Below are positions 25,777-40,204 of a stretch of 64,000 bases of DNA, in pieces (the first letter of the stretch is position 1; each line of letters starts with the position of its first letter). This DNA is from Octopus vulgaris. Lineage: Eukaryota. The DNA lies in the NCBI GenBank assembly GCA_951406725.2, contig OX597814.1:13950001-14014000 (forward strand), in the 5' to 3' direction. Made by a program: the position numbers and the translations under genes. The notes below the pieces were generated by a model. The model had not been told where the DNA came from. It searched no databases and saw only the letters and a list, made by a program, of their open reading frames with translations.

Positions 25777-25778
<2 letters not shown>
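25335..25778 (-). mobile_element. tRNA-derived SINE, family A
   Basis: Full-length similarity to 6129-6541. Confidence 0.9.
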
Positions 25779-25841
<63 letters not shown>

Positions 25842-26084
25842 ATATAATCGAACTAAGCAAAAGGATATCAAATAATAATGCAGTACGACCGTTTCAAGCG
25901 GCTACATTTACTTGAGCAATATATTGAAACGGTTGTGCTGCAGTATTGCTTGATATGCTGTTGCATCTTTTGATTTTATTCCCCTAACTTCGAGTGGTGC
26001 CGATAATAACAGACTGACTAGGCGCTTCAACTTAAGTACCTTATTCGTCTGGATCTCAATTATTGCACCTTGGGTAAGAATCGT

Positions 26085-26176
26085 CTTGTATAGTCCCAGG
26101 CCGACCAAAGCCATGTGAGTGGATTTGGTAGACGGAAACTGAAGGAAGCTCGTCGTATATAAATATATATATATAT

Positions 26177-26257
<81 letters not shown>

Positions 26258-26510
26258 AGAGAGAGAGAGAGTTACATATATATATAGATATAGATATATA
26301 AATAGATATAGAGATATATATGCATCGCTTGAGAACCGATATTGCTGCAATTATATCCCAGTAACTTAACGGCTCAGCCTAAGAGACCGATAAAATCAAT
26401 GCCAGGCAAACAAAAGATAAATCCAGTGGATCATATTTCTTCGACTAAAAGACGGTGATTCAGCATGGCTCCTGTCAAGTGACTGAAACATGTCAAGTAA
26501 TAAAGGAATA
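26085..26510 (+). mobile_element. SINE family A, 5'-truncated, with expanded internal microsatellite
   Basis: gcaccttgggtaag...gtggatttggtagacggaaactg, then after (TA)n a degenerate 3' half (gagaccgataaaatc...gtgactgaaaca). Confidence 0.8.
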
Positions 26511-26516
26511 ATAGAA

Positions 26517-26569
<53 letters not shown>

Positions 26570-26587
26570 TATTTTATATATATATAC

Positions 26588-26639
<52 letters not shown>

Positions 26640-27699
26640 CGACGTAGTTAGGGAAAAAAGAGACGAAGATTTTCATAATTCTCATGAAGGCGTGCTTAAG
26701 TGAGGATAAAGTAGCTTTGCAGTACATGTTTATAAATATATATTGTGTGTGTGTCTTTGTTTTTCTGTAATTTCTTATACTACTATATTTGACATATATC
26801 CCTTAGGTATCAGAAAATTTTGCACTGTTTCTACAACTGGCTGATGATCTATCTAGGATAACGTTTTTCTCATCCATGAAATATATTAAATTTTAGATGC
26901 AATACTCTTCCTTAAAATACCCTCTCGCTTATTTATATTTCAACTTCGCATAAAGATGTTTATGCTGGCATGAATACTCTCCTATATACTGTCGGTAGTT
27001 TAACCGATGAGAAACAGCGCGCATATTTTGAAGATTGCAAATTGATTAAATATCATACTGTAATCACAATATTTATAATACAGTTTTGGAGTGTATAAGA
27101 GCGTATCAAGCAATTTACCAAATGCAACATTAAGCTGAAATGAAATTGTTCAATATCAAGCTGAGTGAAAAAGATATATTAGAAAATTACAAATATATTT
27201 TCATTCTTCCGGTAAGAATAGTCCGAAAATATTTCCGTTTCGTTGACTATCGACAACGAAATTTGGGCTTACTACAGTTTCCAAGTATTATATAAAAACC
27301 AATTGAAATATAATTTTGTGACGGATAAAACATTTTAAAGATACCAAGCGAATAAAATGCTTTCTGAAACTGATGATTATTCAACGGTGATTAATGTTGG
27401 GGAAAAACCTCTCCGGAGGCGTCTCTCGTAAATTCTGGGAAAAAAAAAGACAAAACTACACATATTTTAATATACTTGTACAATTTATTTTATTCTACAT
27501 CCATTTTTCCACCCATCTCTCTCTATCTCTATCTGTATCCCTCTATATTTTTCTATCTATATCTCTCTATCCGTCTCTATATCTATATCTATCAATCACT
27601 GTATTTTTCTGTCTGTATGTTATATATTTGTGTGTCTGTCTTATTTGTCTAACTATCTAGCTCTCTCTCCCCCTCTCTCTATATATCACTCACTCTCTA

Positions 27700-29122
27700 T
27701 TGTTTTTACTGTAAGTTTTTAATAGCTATTTACAAACAACAATGAAAAATTACTGACAGAAAGAAGTTCACAATTACTGATGAAAGTAATTTCATACGCA
27801 ATTTACTGACAGAAGTATCTTCACAAATTTCACTTCAATTCGTACTCTTCGTTAAATTCGCCTACACAATTCTTATTTACTTTCGCACGGTTCTTTTTTT
27901 TTTTGTTTTCAACGGAATTACTGATAAAAGGAAGTTCATAATTTACTGTCAGAAATAACTTCAAAAATTTCACTCAAACCCGTACACTTAGGTAATTTCT
28001 TATTTACTTTTGCGTTTTTCTGCTGTTAACGACTTTTGTCTGGTTCCTTCCAACTGGTTCTTTTGTTCACTGACAAATTTTGCTTCAGTCAGTACAATTC
28101 TTAATTTTCCGTAAACATTTCTTATTTAGCTTCTGCCCGTCTATTAAGAAATATAATTTCTGCTACCTAGTTATTTTCATTGTTCACTATCTTGTGCACC
28201 CGTGTATTTCTGTATACATATATGACCATGCCTAGCAGGAAAGTGTCAAATTTGTCGACAATGTCAAGGTCAGTCAAGAGAATGTCTCTGTCCAGGAAAA
28301 GAGAGACAGCTGCAGAAAGAAAAGCTTACTAAGAAACGAACATGTTGTGCACGACAAAAGCCAGTGCATCTCAAAGTGATGAACAGAGGTATGCATGGCT
28401 GACAAGGAATATAATCTCCACTGCAGAACGAAGAGCAGTTGCAACAGCTCAGAGAAGCAACTTTTATGAAGCTGCTTTCAATTATGATCCAGCACTTCAT
28501 TATGCAGATGACACTAGTTTTTCCATTGGTGCAATGACAATTCAGCGCAAGGAATTGGCCTGGAAGAACACCTGCACTGTGCTGCAGTGGTGGAACGGTT
28601 AAAGTCACTGCAATCCCACAACTTTCAGAGCCATTCAAGAAATTGTTGTCATCAGCTGACCAAGATTCCAAGCACTTCCAAAGAAAATTAAGCACTACGA
28701 TGTTGAATTACAGATAACATCATTTGAAGCCACAAGACATCTAACTGAGCCAGGATTCATGACAACTTTCAAGATCCAACGTCAGATTTATCATCAGATT
28801 GGCTCTCTACTACCTCTGTCAGATGAATCACCAATATCGGCCTTTCATTGTCTATAATCTGTTCCTGCTTTTTTTATTACGAAATAAGCTTTACAAACAG
28901 TGTTTTTGAATTACATGTATTTACTCTATATACATATATGAGTTGAAAACTTTCTTTCAACATTTCATCAACGTCTATGTTCCATGCTTGCATGGGTTGA
29001 AAAGTTATTAATGTAGAAAGTCGGTATCTCAGGTACTAGCAGTTGTGACCTGCGTAATCTTGTCGGCGTTTTTAAATTTCATTATTCTCTTTAACGCGGT
29101 CACTGCCGGGAATTCCTGCTAG
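27700..29122 (+). mobile_element. Internally deleted Helitron: RepHel N-terminal remnant plus 3' terminus
   Basis: AAFNYDP, IGAMT, LCCSGGTVKV, SKHF, QITSFEA, PGFMTTFKIQRQIYHQIGSLLP (28228-28835); 3' GC-rich stretch ending CTAG|T at 29119-29123; upstream ~25-bp tactgacagaa repeats. The 5' boundary is uncertain. Confidence 0.88.
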
Positions 29123-29159
29123 TACACACACACACACACACACACACAAAAGATAATAA

Positions 29160-30655
29160 CAGACGATAGATTAAGGTCAGTTTGTTACAGATGCTTCTTA
29201 TGTATTTTAATAGAAGAATGAGAACATTTCATCATTGCAGAATACCGTAATCACCAGAAGAAACACATAATTCCGAAAGAGTAGGAGAATCATCCAAGAA
29301 CACAGTGGGAACATACCTGAACTGAAGGCACGCAGAGGTGACCATAAAATAGGAGAAACACCAAACAAAAGAAGGCTGTTATGGGTATTAATGTTTTGGG
29401 TTACATTTAGAATTTAGTTTGTGAGGAGGGTTAACATATTTATGGTCAGCGGCCGAGTTAGAGGATGTAAATTGGAGTCAGCTAGAATGGTTCATATCGG
29501 AGATTAGTGATGAAGTGTAGACAATTGTAGATGCATTTCTGCGCTATTCGTTTTTTTTTACAGTAGGATAAGAAATGTGGGAAATAGGGATTGAAGCGAA
29601 GACCAAGTAAAACAATAAATATTCAAATAAGTACTGGGCCCGAGTGTAGCATGCTCTTGTTAAAGATTAAATTTCAAAGACAGGAGGGGAGATATACCTA
29701 CAGAATAGGGCTATAAAATGTATAGTGGTTGATTGTGGGGGATGGTTAGGAGGAACTCAATGATTGGTCCTAACAATTGTTGAATGGTAGAGTTTTATAT
29801 GATTATTTTATCTGGTAAAGCAAAACAGAAGTAGGATGTTGATACAAAAACAAATACATAAGTGATACCCGCTTGTAATACGAGGAATGTGTACCTGGAA
29901 TGGAATTATTACTGTTATAAATAATGTGTAGGGAATTAAGGGTAGTAGTAGTAATAGTATACAGCCTCTCATTCCAATTATGTTGTTCGAAGAATATGAT
30001 AATTATCTAGTAAATTTCACCTATTACGGAACAAAGAGAGTATACCTTATCAAATATCTTAGTAAACCAGTAGGTAAGTTTTCTCTATTATTTTATTCAA
30101 TTTTTCTTTTACTTGTTTTGGTCATTCGACTGCGGCTACCCTGGAGCACGACCTTGAAAACTGTTTAATTAGCTTTTGATTAACTTTTTACAATGTTTTA
30201 TAGGTAGCTTTAATATTATTTAATTACATTGTATAATTCGCTATTATCTGAATCAGGTAGTGTAAACCAAAACGATAGACGTTGATAGAAAATTTCGATT
30301 ATATGTTCCTTTCTTATCGGGTGCAGCACAACTAACAGAAGCCTGGTATAAGGATAATCTACTCAATGGAATTGGAAATCTCGCTAGGTAATGTAGGATG
30401 CCCTTTTATAGATTATATACAATCGTAATCGCAAAAGCGTTATACTTGATAAAACTAAACAGAAGATTAGCTCCTACAGTATAACATACTATAATAATGT
30501 TATCAGGGCTTATATAGTAATTAGGGATAGGATGCTTTGCAAAGGGAAAAAGTAGAGGACGACTCGGAAGACTAAGCAAATCATTGGGCTTGCCTAATAG
30601 ATCTAATGAGAGTTAGTGGTCGGTTGTTATGGGAAGATATTTTGGGACTATGTTA
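29160..30655 (-). mobile_element. Very old PLE RT remnant
   Basis: Faint motif order on the minus strand: IVPK...LLGKP (~30580-30655), LRY (~30050), PNHP (~29745). Confidence 0.4.
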
Positions 30656-30656
30656 C

Positions 30657-31203
30657 TTATTTCTTTATTGCTCAAAAGGGGCTAAACACAGAGGTGACAA
30701 ACAAGGACAGACAAAGGGTTTAAATCGATTACATTGACCCAAGTGCGTAACTGATACTTAATTTATCGATCCGATATGATATAAGGCAAAGTCGACCTCG
30801 GCGGAATTGGAGATCAGAAAGTAACTCAGAAAATACCTATTTCTTTACTACCCACAAGGGGCTAAACACAGAGAGGACAAACAAGTGCAGACAAACGGAT
30901 TAAGTCGATTATATCGACCCCAGTGCGTAACTGGTACTTATTTAATAGATCCCGAATGGATGAAAGGCAAATTCGACATCGGCGCAATTTGAACTCAGAA
31001 CGTAGCAACAGGCGAAATATCCATTTCTTTATTACCCACAAGGGGCTAAACACAGAGGGAACAAACAAGGACAGACAAACGGGTTAAGTCGATTAGATCG
31101 ACCCCAGTGCGTTGCTGGTACTTATTTAATCGACCCCGAAAGGATGAAAGGCAAAGTTGACCTCGGCGGTATTTGAACTCAGGACGTAACGGCAGACTAA
31201 ATG
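30657..31203 (-). repeat. Three tandem ~183-bp units derived from the SINE family B body
   Basis: Repeated aggggctaaacacagag..gtcgatta..gaccccagtgcg..tgaaaggcaaa..gaactcagaacgta at 30657-30836, 30837-31021 and 31022-31203. Confidence 0.9.
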
Positions 31204-31299
31204 CAAACTGTGTGCATGTAGGTTTGTGTAGTTCTATTATAAAATTCTTTTGTGGCGATCTTAGTTGGAGATAGCCAGACAGATAATTGGAGATAGGGA

Positions 31300-33780
31300 G
31301 ATTAGATAATTTCTAGAGTACGGTGTTGGTTCAAAAGTGTAAAGATGGTACGAGGGTCATTTTTACTTTATATTAGGGTGATGTTTTATGAAATAGATGA
31401 ATGGAGATAAGGTGGTGAGATATTATCGTGTTTAGCCGTTAGAAAAAAATATTAGTCTGAAAAGACTAGTCTAGATTTGTGGTTCAGGAACGTTAGAACG
31501 TTGTAGGATTCATGTATACAAAGTTGGTAGGGTTTGTTACTACCTTAGTATGGTTGTGTTGGTGAGAGAATTTTTTCCCTTGATTTTTATTGCCATATAT
31601 GTTTGCATAATGGCTTTACATGTTTGCTATGTGGGTTGCGTCAAGTGAACGTACAGTGGTTGTAACTTGTTTTGAATAGATTTGCGGTAAATCCTATGTA
31701 CATAGAGTAGTTGGTGTCATTTCTCTGTTTACCATTGCGCTATATATGACCTTTTGTCACAGACCCTCCTTCTAGAGGACAGGATGGTGTTCCACAATCA
31801 TTATTGTTATTTGTGTCGATTTAAAATTTTAAACTGTTTTTGATATTTGTAGCTGGCTAGAGGTTTGTCAAAGTTGGTGATAGTTGAGTGTGAGAATTTT
31901 ATGCTCTGTTTATTTATCTATTTGTAATGCTTCAGGTTGTGGTAGACATTTTCAGCATTATTTTTTAAAATAATTTAGTTAAGGTGTGTAGACGTATGTT
32001 CAAGGTGGAATTATATCAGATCATTTTCCTTTTTCCATTCTTACGTATATTATTTCTGGTAGGAAGAGTACTGTTTCAACGATGAGGTTCCCAAAATAAC
32101 CGGAAACGTTCGCTGTGGGAGAAGTCCTTTGTAATTCCAGCTTTCACTGCTACTAACCACTTGATATGATCATCAGACTTCAGTCTGCCAACCGGCGTCC
32201 TCGATGTTTGATGTTGTACTGTCACGTAATGCGTTTTGGTTTTGTAGTGCATCTCCGTTGTTTGTGGAATTTTGCAATGGCTGAAACGAATGAAGAGCGT
32301 ACTTCTGTGAAATATTGTTTTCTGTTGGGGACAACTGCGGTGGAAACAGTTGTCGTGCATAAAACAGCTTAAAAGTACGCTGCCATGAACAAAACACAAG
32401 TTTACGAGTTTCACACTTTAAGAAATGTTACTTGTCGCTTGAAGACCAACCTCCTTCAGGGCGACTGTCGACTTCAGTAATGAATGAAAAGATCGTGAAA
32501 ATTCCTGAACCGTTCTTGGAGGGCCGTCACTGAAAAACTGAGGAAATTGTTGATATAATTGGTGTATCCTGGAGCTCCTCCAAATTTTGGGTATGGAATT
32601 GCAAATGGAAAGCGTTACAACAATAATTGTGCCTCCCTTGCTCACGCGAGATCGAAATCAGTCACTACTGAATGCGTACCGTTAACTGAAAGTACAGTTG
32701 GAAGTTGATCCGGATGTCCTTTAGAAGCTAATCACTGGCGATGAAAGCTTTTGCTACAGAATTTGGATATGTGGAGGAGGGGAATAAAAAACGACAGAGG
32801 CGTTAGAAGCTCTTCTTCGAACAATGAGAACGCGTTTCTTGAAATGGAAAATATTTTAAGGTGATAAAAGTGTAAACATGTGAAACTAAGTGTATAACAT
32901 AATTTTGCAAAATTCTGGTTTCTCTTCGTTGCCCCCTCGTATATTGCACTTTTTCCTTGTAACTGAAGGCTTCGTTATATGGGGTTGTTCTTTCGGTGAG
33001 TTGTTTTTCATTTGAAGAAAAATAGGAAAGTTTGAGGGATATATCTTTACTGGGTTCATTACAATGCTTTTAGGGTTTTCATTTTATATATGTATATACT
33101 GAATGTTTCCGTTATGCTTTTTGTATGGTTTATACATATTTGATTCCAAGTCTAAGTTAACAGCTGGAAAGTTGATTGATGTTAGTTGTGTTTATTCTGT
33201 GATTCAGAAGCTGACGGTTTGGGAAAACTAGTGTAAATCCTAAATTAATCAGCATTTATTTAGTAGTAGTAAACCGCTGTCACTGCAGGGATCAGCTGGG
33301 GCGTATGGAAACTAGTTGTGTAAGTTTTCTAATACGTAATGGCCCATGATGTCGCTTATCTCTGCCAAGTCCTTTGATCCCATTCTTACATCAAATGATT
33401 TTTAGTGTTTTCTGAACCCACGAGCGATCTTCTTGCTGGTAGTATTTTTATTTCGTGTCTTTATTGTAGTGATGGTTTTAACAAAGTTCGAATTAGCTAT
33501 AGAGATAGATTTGTTATTGACACATGATAGTCTTTTATGTCAAGCTGGAAGAAATGGCATTCGTTTTTGATCGGGAATTTGTTGAACGACACATCTATTA
33601 ATTCGTAGACATTATTTCATCGATACAGTGATCATTTTGTTTTTATTTTTGGTGAGAATTTGTCTATGGTTTTATTTTTATATTGTCGTGTGGCGAAGAA
33701 CATTTCCAAAACGCTACTTCAAAACAACCGACTACTAAAACTTAATTAGCTCCCCACTCAAATCTCTACACGCAAAGATT
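31300..33780 (-). mobile_element. Old PLE (RT + GIY-YIG) interrupted by a mariner
   Basis: FFQLDIKDYHVSIT, MGSKDLAEISDIMGHY, CSDSGL (from YRDDGL), NLDLESNMYKPYKKHN, RKMI*YN, CPLEG...IYSA...YIGFTANLFK...KHIWQ. Confidence 0.8.
32080..32939 (+). mobile_element. Internally deleted mariner
   Basis: MAETNEERTSVKYCFLLG..ET..AMNKTQVYE and LITGDES; ends ...gccccctcg|TA with an imperfect left TIR. Confidence 0.85.
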
Positions 33781-34440
33781 AGTTAAACTCAACAGAGCTT
33801 ATATGAAAAGACAAAGAGAGAGAGAGAGAGAGGCAGAGACAAAGAGAGAGAGAGAGAGAGCAGAGGCAAAGAGAGAGAGAGAGAGACAGAGAGAGAGTCG
33901 TGCGTTAATTTTCACGCGTTTATTTTATTCATTCATATCATGGTTTATTTTGGGCCTATTTCTATCGATGGTCTTCTCGTCCGTCTAAACATAGGATTCT
34001 TTGTTGTTTCTGCAACATTGTCCTTTTCTTTAATTTCACTTTCATTTCTATTAAGAGATACTAAAGTAAAAGGCACTCTAAGCTATTTTTATGAAGCAAT
34101 TACTTTTTGTATGTATTATAATATATATGCCCACTCAAAAAGACAATATTAATGGAAATGAATATTAAATCAAATTAAAAACAGACAGGATTCTGTCGAA
34201 AATGCTAGACATTTTAAAAGCGAGCAAAAATAGATGTACTACGAAGAAGAAAAAAGACAAAGATACAGAAACGGATAATAATCGCTGAATATTCAATTTC
34301 GTTAATATACTTACGCATTAACATACTTGAAACAATGGAAAATCCCTATTTATTCTGTTACAACTGAAAAACCTTTACAATTAGATTACTTTGACATATA
34401 CACACAAAGAGACGCATACACATACATATATATATATGTA

Positions 34441-34472
<32 letters not shown>

Positions 34473-34590
34473 CAAACAGACGTTTGTGCATATATATATG
34501 TAGATATATGTATATGTATATATAATATGTATATATATATATAATATGCATATATATGTATACATATAAATATATGTATGATATATATGT

Positions 34591-34657
<67 letters not shown>

Positions 34658-34773
34658 TTTATTTATTTATATATATATATATATACATATATATTTATAT
34701 ATATATATATGTATGTGTGTGTTGGTGTGCCTACTATCTCTTTCTCTCTCGGTCTCTCTCTCTCTCTCACTCC

Positions 34774-34840
<67 letters not shown>

Positions 34841-34842
<2 letters not shown>

Positions 34843-35990
34843 ATGGAACGAATAGTCAGAGGGAAACTAATCGCATCCCTTGAAGAAAACGAGTTGCGGT
34901 GTGATACCCACCATTGTTTCCCGCCAGCTAAAAGTTGTCTACCCAGCTCCTACACTATGACTTAGTGTTGGAGCAGTTACTCGACAACTCAAATGTGAAC
35001 GTAATATACCGTGACTGTAAAAGTTTTTGATATAGTTGATCATGGTATGATATGGCACAAACTGTACTATGTTGGGTTAGCTGGAAATGTTGACTTATTA
35101 AAAGATAGAAGATAGGCAGTGGTTGTCAATAGAGCAACCTCAAAGAAAACATAAAATAATGAGTGGCGTTCCACAGGGCACCATCTTGGGACCACTGCTT
35201 TTCATTCCGGCCCTTTCAGATATGTTCTCCGTTGCCCGAATTGCAACTCTTGCTAGCAACTCCGACGATACAAAACCCTAGTGATGTTGCACGCCTTCAG
35301 CAGGAGTTGGACACAATTTACAGATGGGCTGAGGACAATAACTTGCAGTTTAATGCTGGGAAATTCCAAGCCCTGCGATACCAGCACACAAAACTGAACG
35401 AAAACCTTACAGGGTGAAAGGGTCCAACGGGGTTGGGGTACAATACCAGAACATAAATCAGTGCTTGACCTGGGTATCGACATGAGTAACGATACCTCTT
35501 TCCAAGTGCACATTACTAAGGTGGCAACAAAGTGCAGACGGCTGACTGGGTGGGTCCTGAAAACCTTCAGAACCAGAGAGATGGAAACCATGATGATCAT
35601 CTGGTGGACATTCTTTCTCAGCTGCCAGGGCTGCTGCTCCTATGTAAAAGTGTCATTGAACCTTGGAGCAATCTAATGAAGCTTCACGAAGATCGTCTCA
35701 GTATAACTGCTTAGCTACTGTGAGAGGCTGAAGTAACTAAGACTCCACTCCTTGGAGAGAAGGCGGGTGAGATATGCAGTAATATGCATCTGGAAGATCC
35801 TGGAAGGAATTGTGTCAAATTTTGGAATTGAAAGCTACACAAAAGCCAGAACAGGTCACCACTGCACAGTGCCAAAGATCCTTAAAATGCCCTCGCGCTT
35901 GAGGCGCAAAAGAGAGCAGTGACATCAAACTCCCTTATTGATCAGCTGCCAAATTTCAGAGGACGGTCTAAATAATTGCAATGTAGCAAA
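34841..35990 (+). mobile_element. CR1-clade LINE RT / 3' fragment
   Basis: MERIVR, SGVPQGTILGPLLF, LQQELDTIYRWAEDNNLQFNAGKFQAL, DLGI, GWVLKTFRTRE, SLERRR. Confidence 0.9.
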
Positions 35991-36106
35991 ACGTCGGTGA
36001 CCCAGTATGGCCGCAGCTATGAGCTGAAATCTATAGAAGAAATATATATATGTGTGTGTGTGAGTGTGTGTCTAAGTATGTATGTACGTATGTATGTATG
36101 TACGTA

Positions 36107-36154
<48 letters not shown>

Positions 36155-37365
36155 GAGAGAGAGAGAGAGAGACTGAAATATTTGAAACCTGACAAAATTA
36201 AATATCAAACTGTCAGACTAATAGTTTGGCTCATTTATCTTATTCTCTGATCGTACAGAAATGGTTTGGCTTCAAAACAAAATCAGTAAATATATTACTA
36301 AGTGCGGAATCGAGAAATATTAGCTGGCGGTAATATCCCCCAAAATCATTAACACCACGTCTGGTATTCAGGTGTTTGGAACATTTTTGATAAAAAATAA
36401 ATATGCGATGCACATGTATACATACAACATTCCTACGCCAATACTTTAGAAACAATAACATTGGAATTAGATGTTAGTTCTGATATTTCTTAATTGCAGT
36501 TTCAGGAATGATGGAATATATTCATTTTCTCTTCCCCTCTCTTTACTATGATGAAAAGATGGAAAGTTTTAACCATCAAACTTGAAGTACTCTGAACCTC
36601 TATTAATGTGTTAAATGATATAGCACATGTTCTCTCGAGAAACTATATAATTTACAGAACTTAAGAGCCTGAGCAATTTCAGAGAAAAGATATTTTTTTC
36701 TTTATGCTCACATTTTGAAAAGTACGTCTAAACGGAATCTTCAAGATAGAACACCAGAAACATCCTAAACATTTCATATCAGGTTTGCGTAATTTTGACA
36801 TACGTAATGTTTGTTATAAAATCGTTTATAACCCCTGTGTTTCATATTTTACTTTCTGCCTTCTTCCTTTGTTTCTATTCAAACGTCTTCTGCTTTGAAT
36901 GCAATTACGAACGTTCTTCATCGTAGTTTCAAAATAAATTTATTTTTCGACAAGGAAAGCTTGAGTTGCATTTTCTCACAAAACCTGTGGTTTTCACCTG
37001 AAGATCGTCGTTATTCTCATAGCCGCTCGAGTGCTATTCTACATTTTGAAGCCATGCATATCCGCATTTATGTTTCTAGGATTGCAGCTATGTGTGCAAA
37101 TTGATAGATATAGACATTGGCACGTCTCAAAAAAACTGTTATACGGTCTAAGATCTCGCGGTTAAACTCTTGGGAGTGAAGAACTCCTAACCTTTGTTAA
37201 TGCATCTTTTTCGGATTATGGCTGGTGTTGCTTAGTGAGTGAGATTGACTCAGTGCACAGCATTTCCTCACTTTAAAAAAAAAACCTTCTTGCACAGGCA
37301 TTGCACGATAACAACATTGATGAAGCTTCGTGCAATGGCAATACTCGATAACCAGGGGGCAGCCA

Positions 37366-37410
<45 letters not shown>

Positions 37411-37443
37411 TACACATATATATGTATATAATCTTACGCCACA

Positions 37444-37512
<69 letters not shown>

Positions 37513-37545
37513 ATGTATGTATACATATATATGTATTTAATCTTA

Positions 37546-37602
<57 letters not shown>

Positions 37603-37603
<1 letters not shown>

Positions 37604-37810
37604 ATATTTCCTATATGTATGTCGGTACCCACGTTAGGAAAATTGATTACATCTGCAACAAGATATACGATTTTCTTTCAAATACCGGGATGTAGGAAAT
37701 GTTTACATATCCTGCAAATAATGGTGGAAAACCTATAGATAATTACGAATTCATTTATTCTTATATATATATCAAATATGCTGGGTATCTTTGCAACTTA
37801 TGGAGTTATG

Positions 37811-37841
<31 letters not shown>

Positions 37842-37873
37842 GGTGTAAGATTATCTACATATTTATGTATATA

Positions 37874-37923
<50 letters not shown>

Positions 37924-37941
37924 TATGTATATAATCTTACA

Positions 37942-37996
<55 letters not shown>

Positions 37997-38202
37997 TAAC
38001 TCCATAAGTTGCAAAGATTCCCAGCATATTTGATATATATATAAGAATAAATGAATTCGTAATTATCTATAGGTTTTCCACCATTATTTGCAGGATATGT
38101 AAACATTTCCTACATCCCGGTATTTGAAAGAAAATCGTATATCTTGTTGCAGATGTAATCAATTTTCCTAACGTGTGTACCAACATACATATAAGAAATA
38201 TA
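37603..38202. repeat. ~600-bp near-perfect palindrome centred on a (TA)n tract
   Basis: 37607-37810 is the reverse complement of 37995-38198 with few mismatches; inner pair tggtgtaagattat / ataatcttacacca. Confidence 0.92.
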
Positions 38203-38800
38203 ATATTTCTCGTTACTGGTCAATTTATCGTAAAATTACATTGCATACAAACACTTCCACATAAAATTGTCGTTAACAACTGTATTATCTGTTCACATTT
38301 TTTTAAAAATAGAGATACACATTCAGTTTTATCTTTATATATGAAATACATATGAGCATAGGCAAAAGAAGACAAATATATTTACCTCGTTTTAGGTAGT
38401 ATGCCGTACGAAATGATTTATGAAGATACAAAAAAAAGTGTGATTTAAAAGAGCGGTTTGCAATCAAGCAAGTAAGTGATATATTTTCTTGTAAAAATAT
38501 ACGAGAAATGTTAATGTTCAGATGTATTTCTACGAAACCTTACAACTACTTATGTCCAAAACCTAAGGCTACCTAATAATACGCACGCGCACGCAGAAAT
38601 ACACTCGCATACACTCAAACACATAAACACATAAACACACAAAGGAGAACACCCGCTTTCATGCATACATAAATATATGTATACAGTTTTGGTGTATAAA
38701 TTGTGTTTTAGGGATAAAATGAACTTTTTGTATGGAAGTATAGGAAAAATGATTTTTAACTGTCACGGATCCGGTGTACTTATTTCCGCTTACCAAATAG

Positions 38801-38871
<71 letters not shown>

Positions 38872-38963
38872 TATATATATACACACATAAATATATATAT
38901 ATGTATATATATATACGCATATATATACACATACATATAATATAAATATATATATATATACAT

Positions 38964-39108
<145 letters not shown>

Positions 39109-40165
39109 CTCGTTTCTTATGGTTAGAAGTGCCAAGCTGAGATATAGTTAACGGAATAATGGAAGTTATTTTTTTGTTTAATAGTGAGGGGTGAGAGTAT
39201 AATTTTTGCATAGGTTTGCATGAAAGTGCTTGCTCTTCATAAGAAGGGCCTGAAAGTATGTATTGCTTCAACGTATAAGTGATTTGTCCAGAAATCACGT
39301 TTTCAAAATTTTCCTTCTATCCCACCCGCAATTTCTTAATTTGTAACTTTTCAAATTTTCTTCTTATTATTATTTTGTTATCTACAGAGAAAAATGCAGA
39401 GATTACTAATCTGGGAAATATATATACATATTTCTTTTATTTATTTATATATAGATATTTAGTTTTTTCTTAAAGAAAAATTCAATGCCCCTTCCCCCAC
39501 CTCAACCACTCATGCCCTACCAGCGTTGAAAAAGCTGAAATCTACCAATCAGTCACTTTTGTCTAATGTTTCCCGCATGCGTAGAATCCCACTGAAAGAG
39601 TAGACATAAAAAAACACTAGACCACCACCAGAAGAACCGACATGCTAGAAACAACAGGTAAATGACATTATATCTGAAGAAACTTCACTGCTTTCCTAAA
39701 AGCTAAAAGTGAAACATCGGGCGTGTGTAGCTTTTTGAAAGTGATTAGGTGCTGGGTAAAATTCTTAAAGATTCGTACTCTCTGTTTTTCTCCATGGATT
39801 ACCGAGAACAAAAATTTGAAATAAGTAAAAATTTAATTTGGTGTGGAGAAAGAAAAAAAAAATGATATTGAGATCGTGTTTTGTGGGTGAAATCCTAATC
39901 TTCTGTATCGCAAACATAGGAATCGGAAGAAATTTAGGAAAAAATAACGGGACGGAAATGTCACCTCACTTTCTCTTTCATTCTCTCTCTCACACACAAA
40001 CACACATTATTTTTCATATACAGGTAAATGAATAGGCGGAAGTAAAGAATACTCACACCACCCGTTTTCGGTGTAACACTAACCGTAAACATCGGGAGTG
40101 CGTATTCCAGACCTTCGCGCATGAATACATAAGCAAATACATAAGCAAACATTTTTGTGTGTGTA

Positions 40166-40204
<39 letters not shown>

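Noticed and set aside
30657-31203. CRISPR-like regular repeats
   Set aside because: Whole units are homologous with no unique spacers; SINE-derived, in a eukaryotic context.
39130-39300. Possible PLE C-terminal remnant (PSY..C..LLNK)
   Set aside because: Similarity too short to support a feature.
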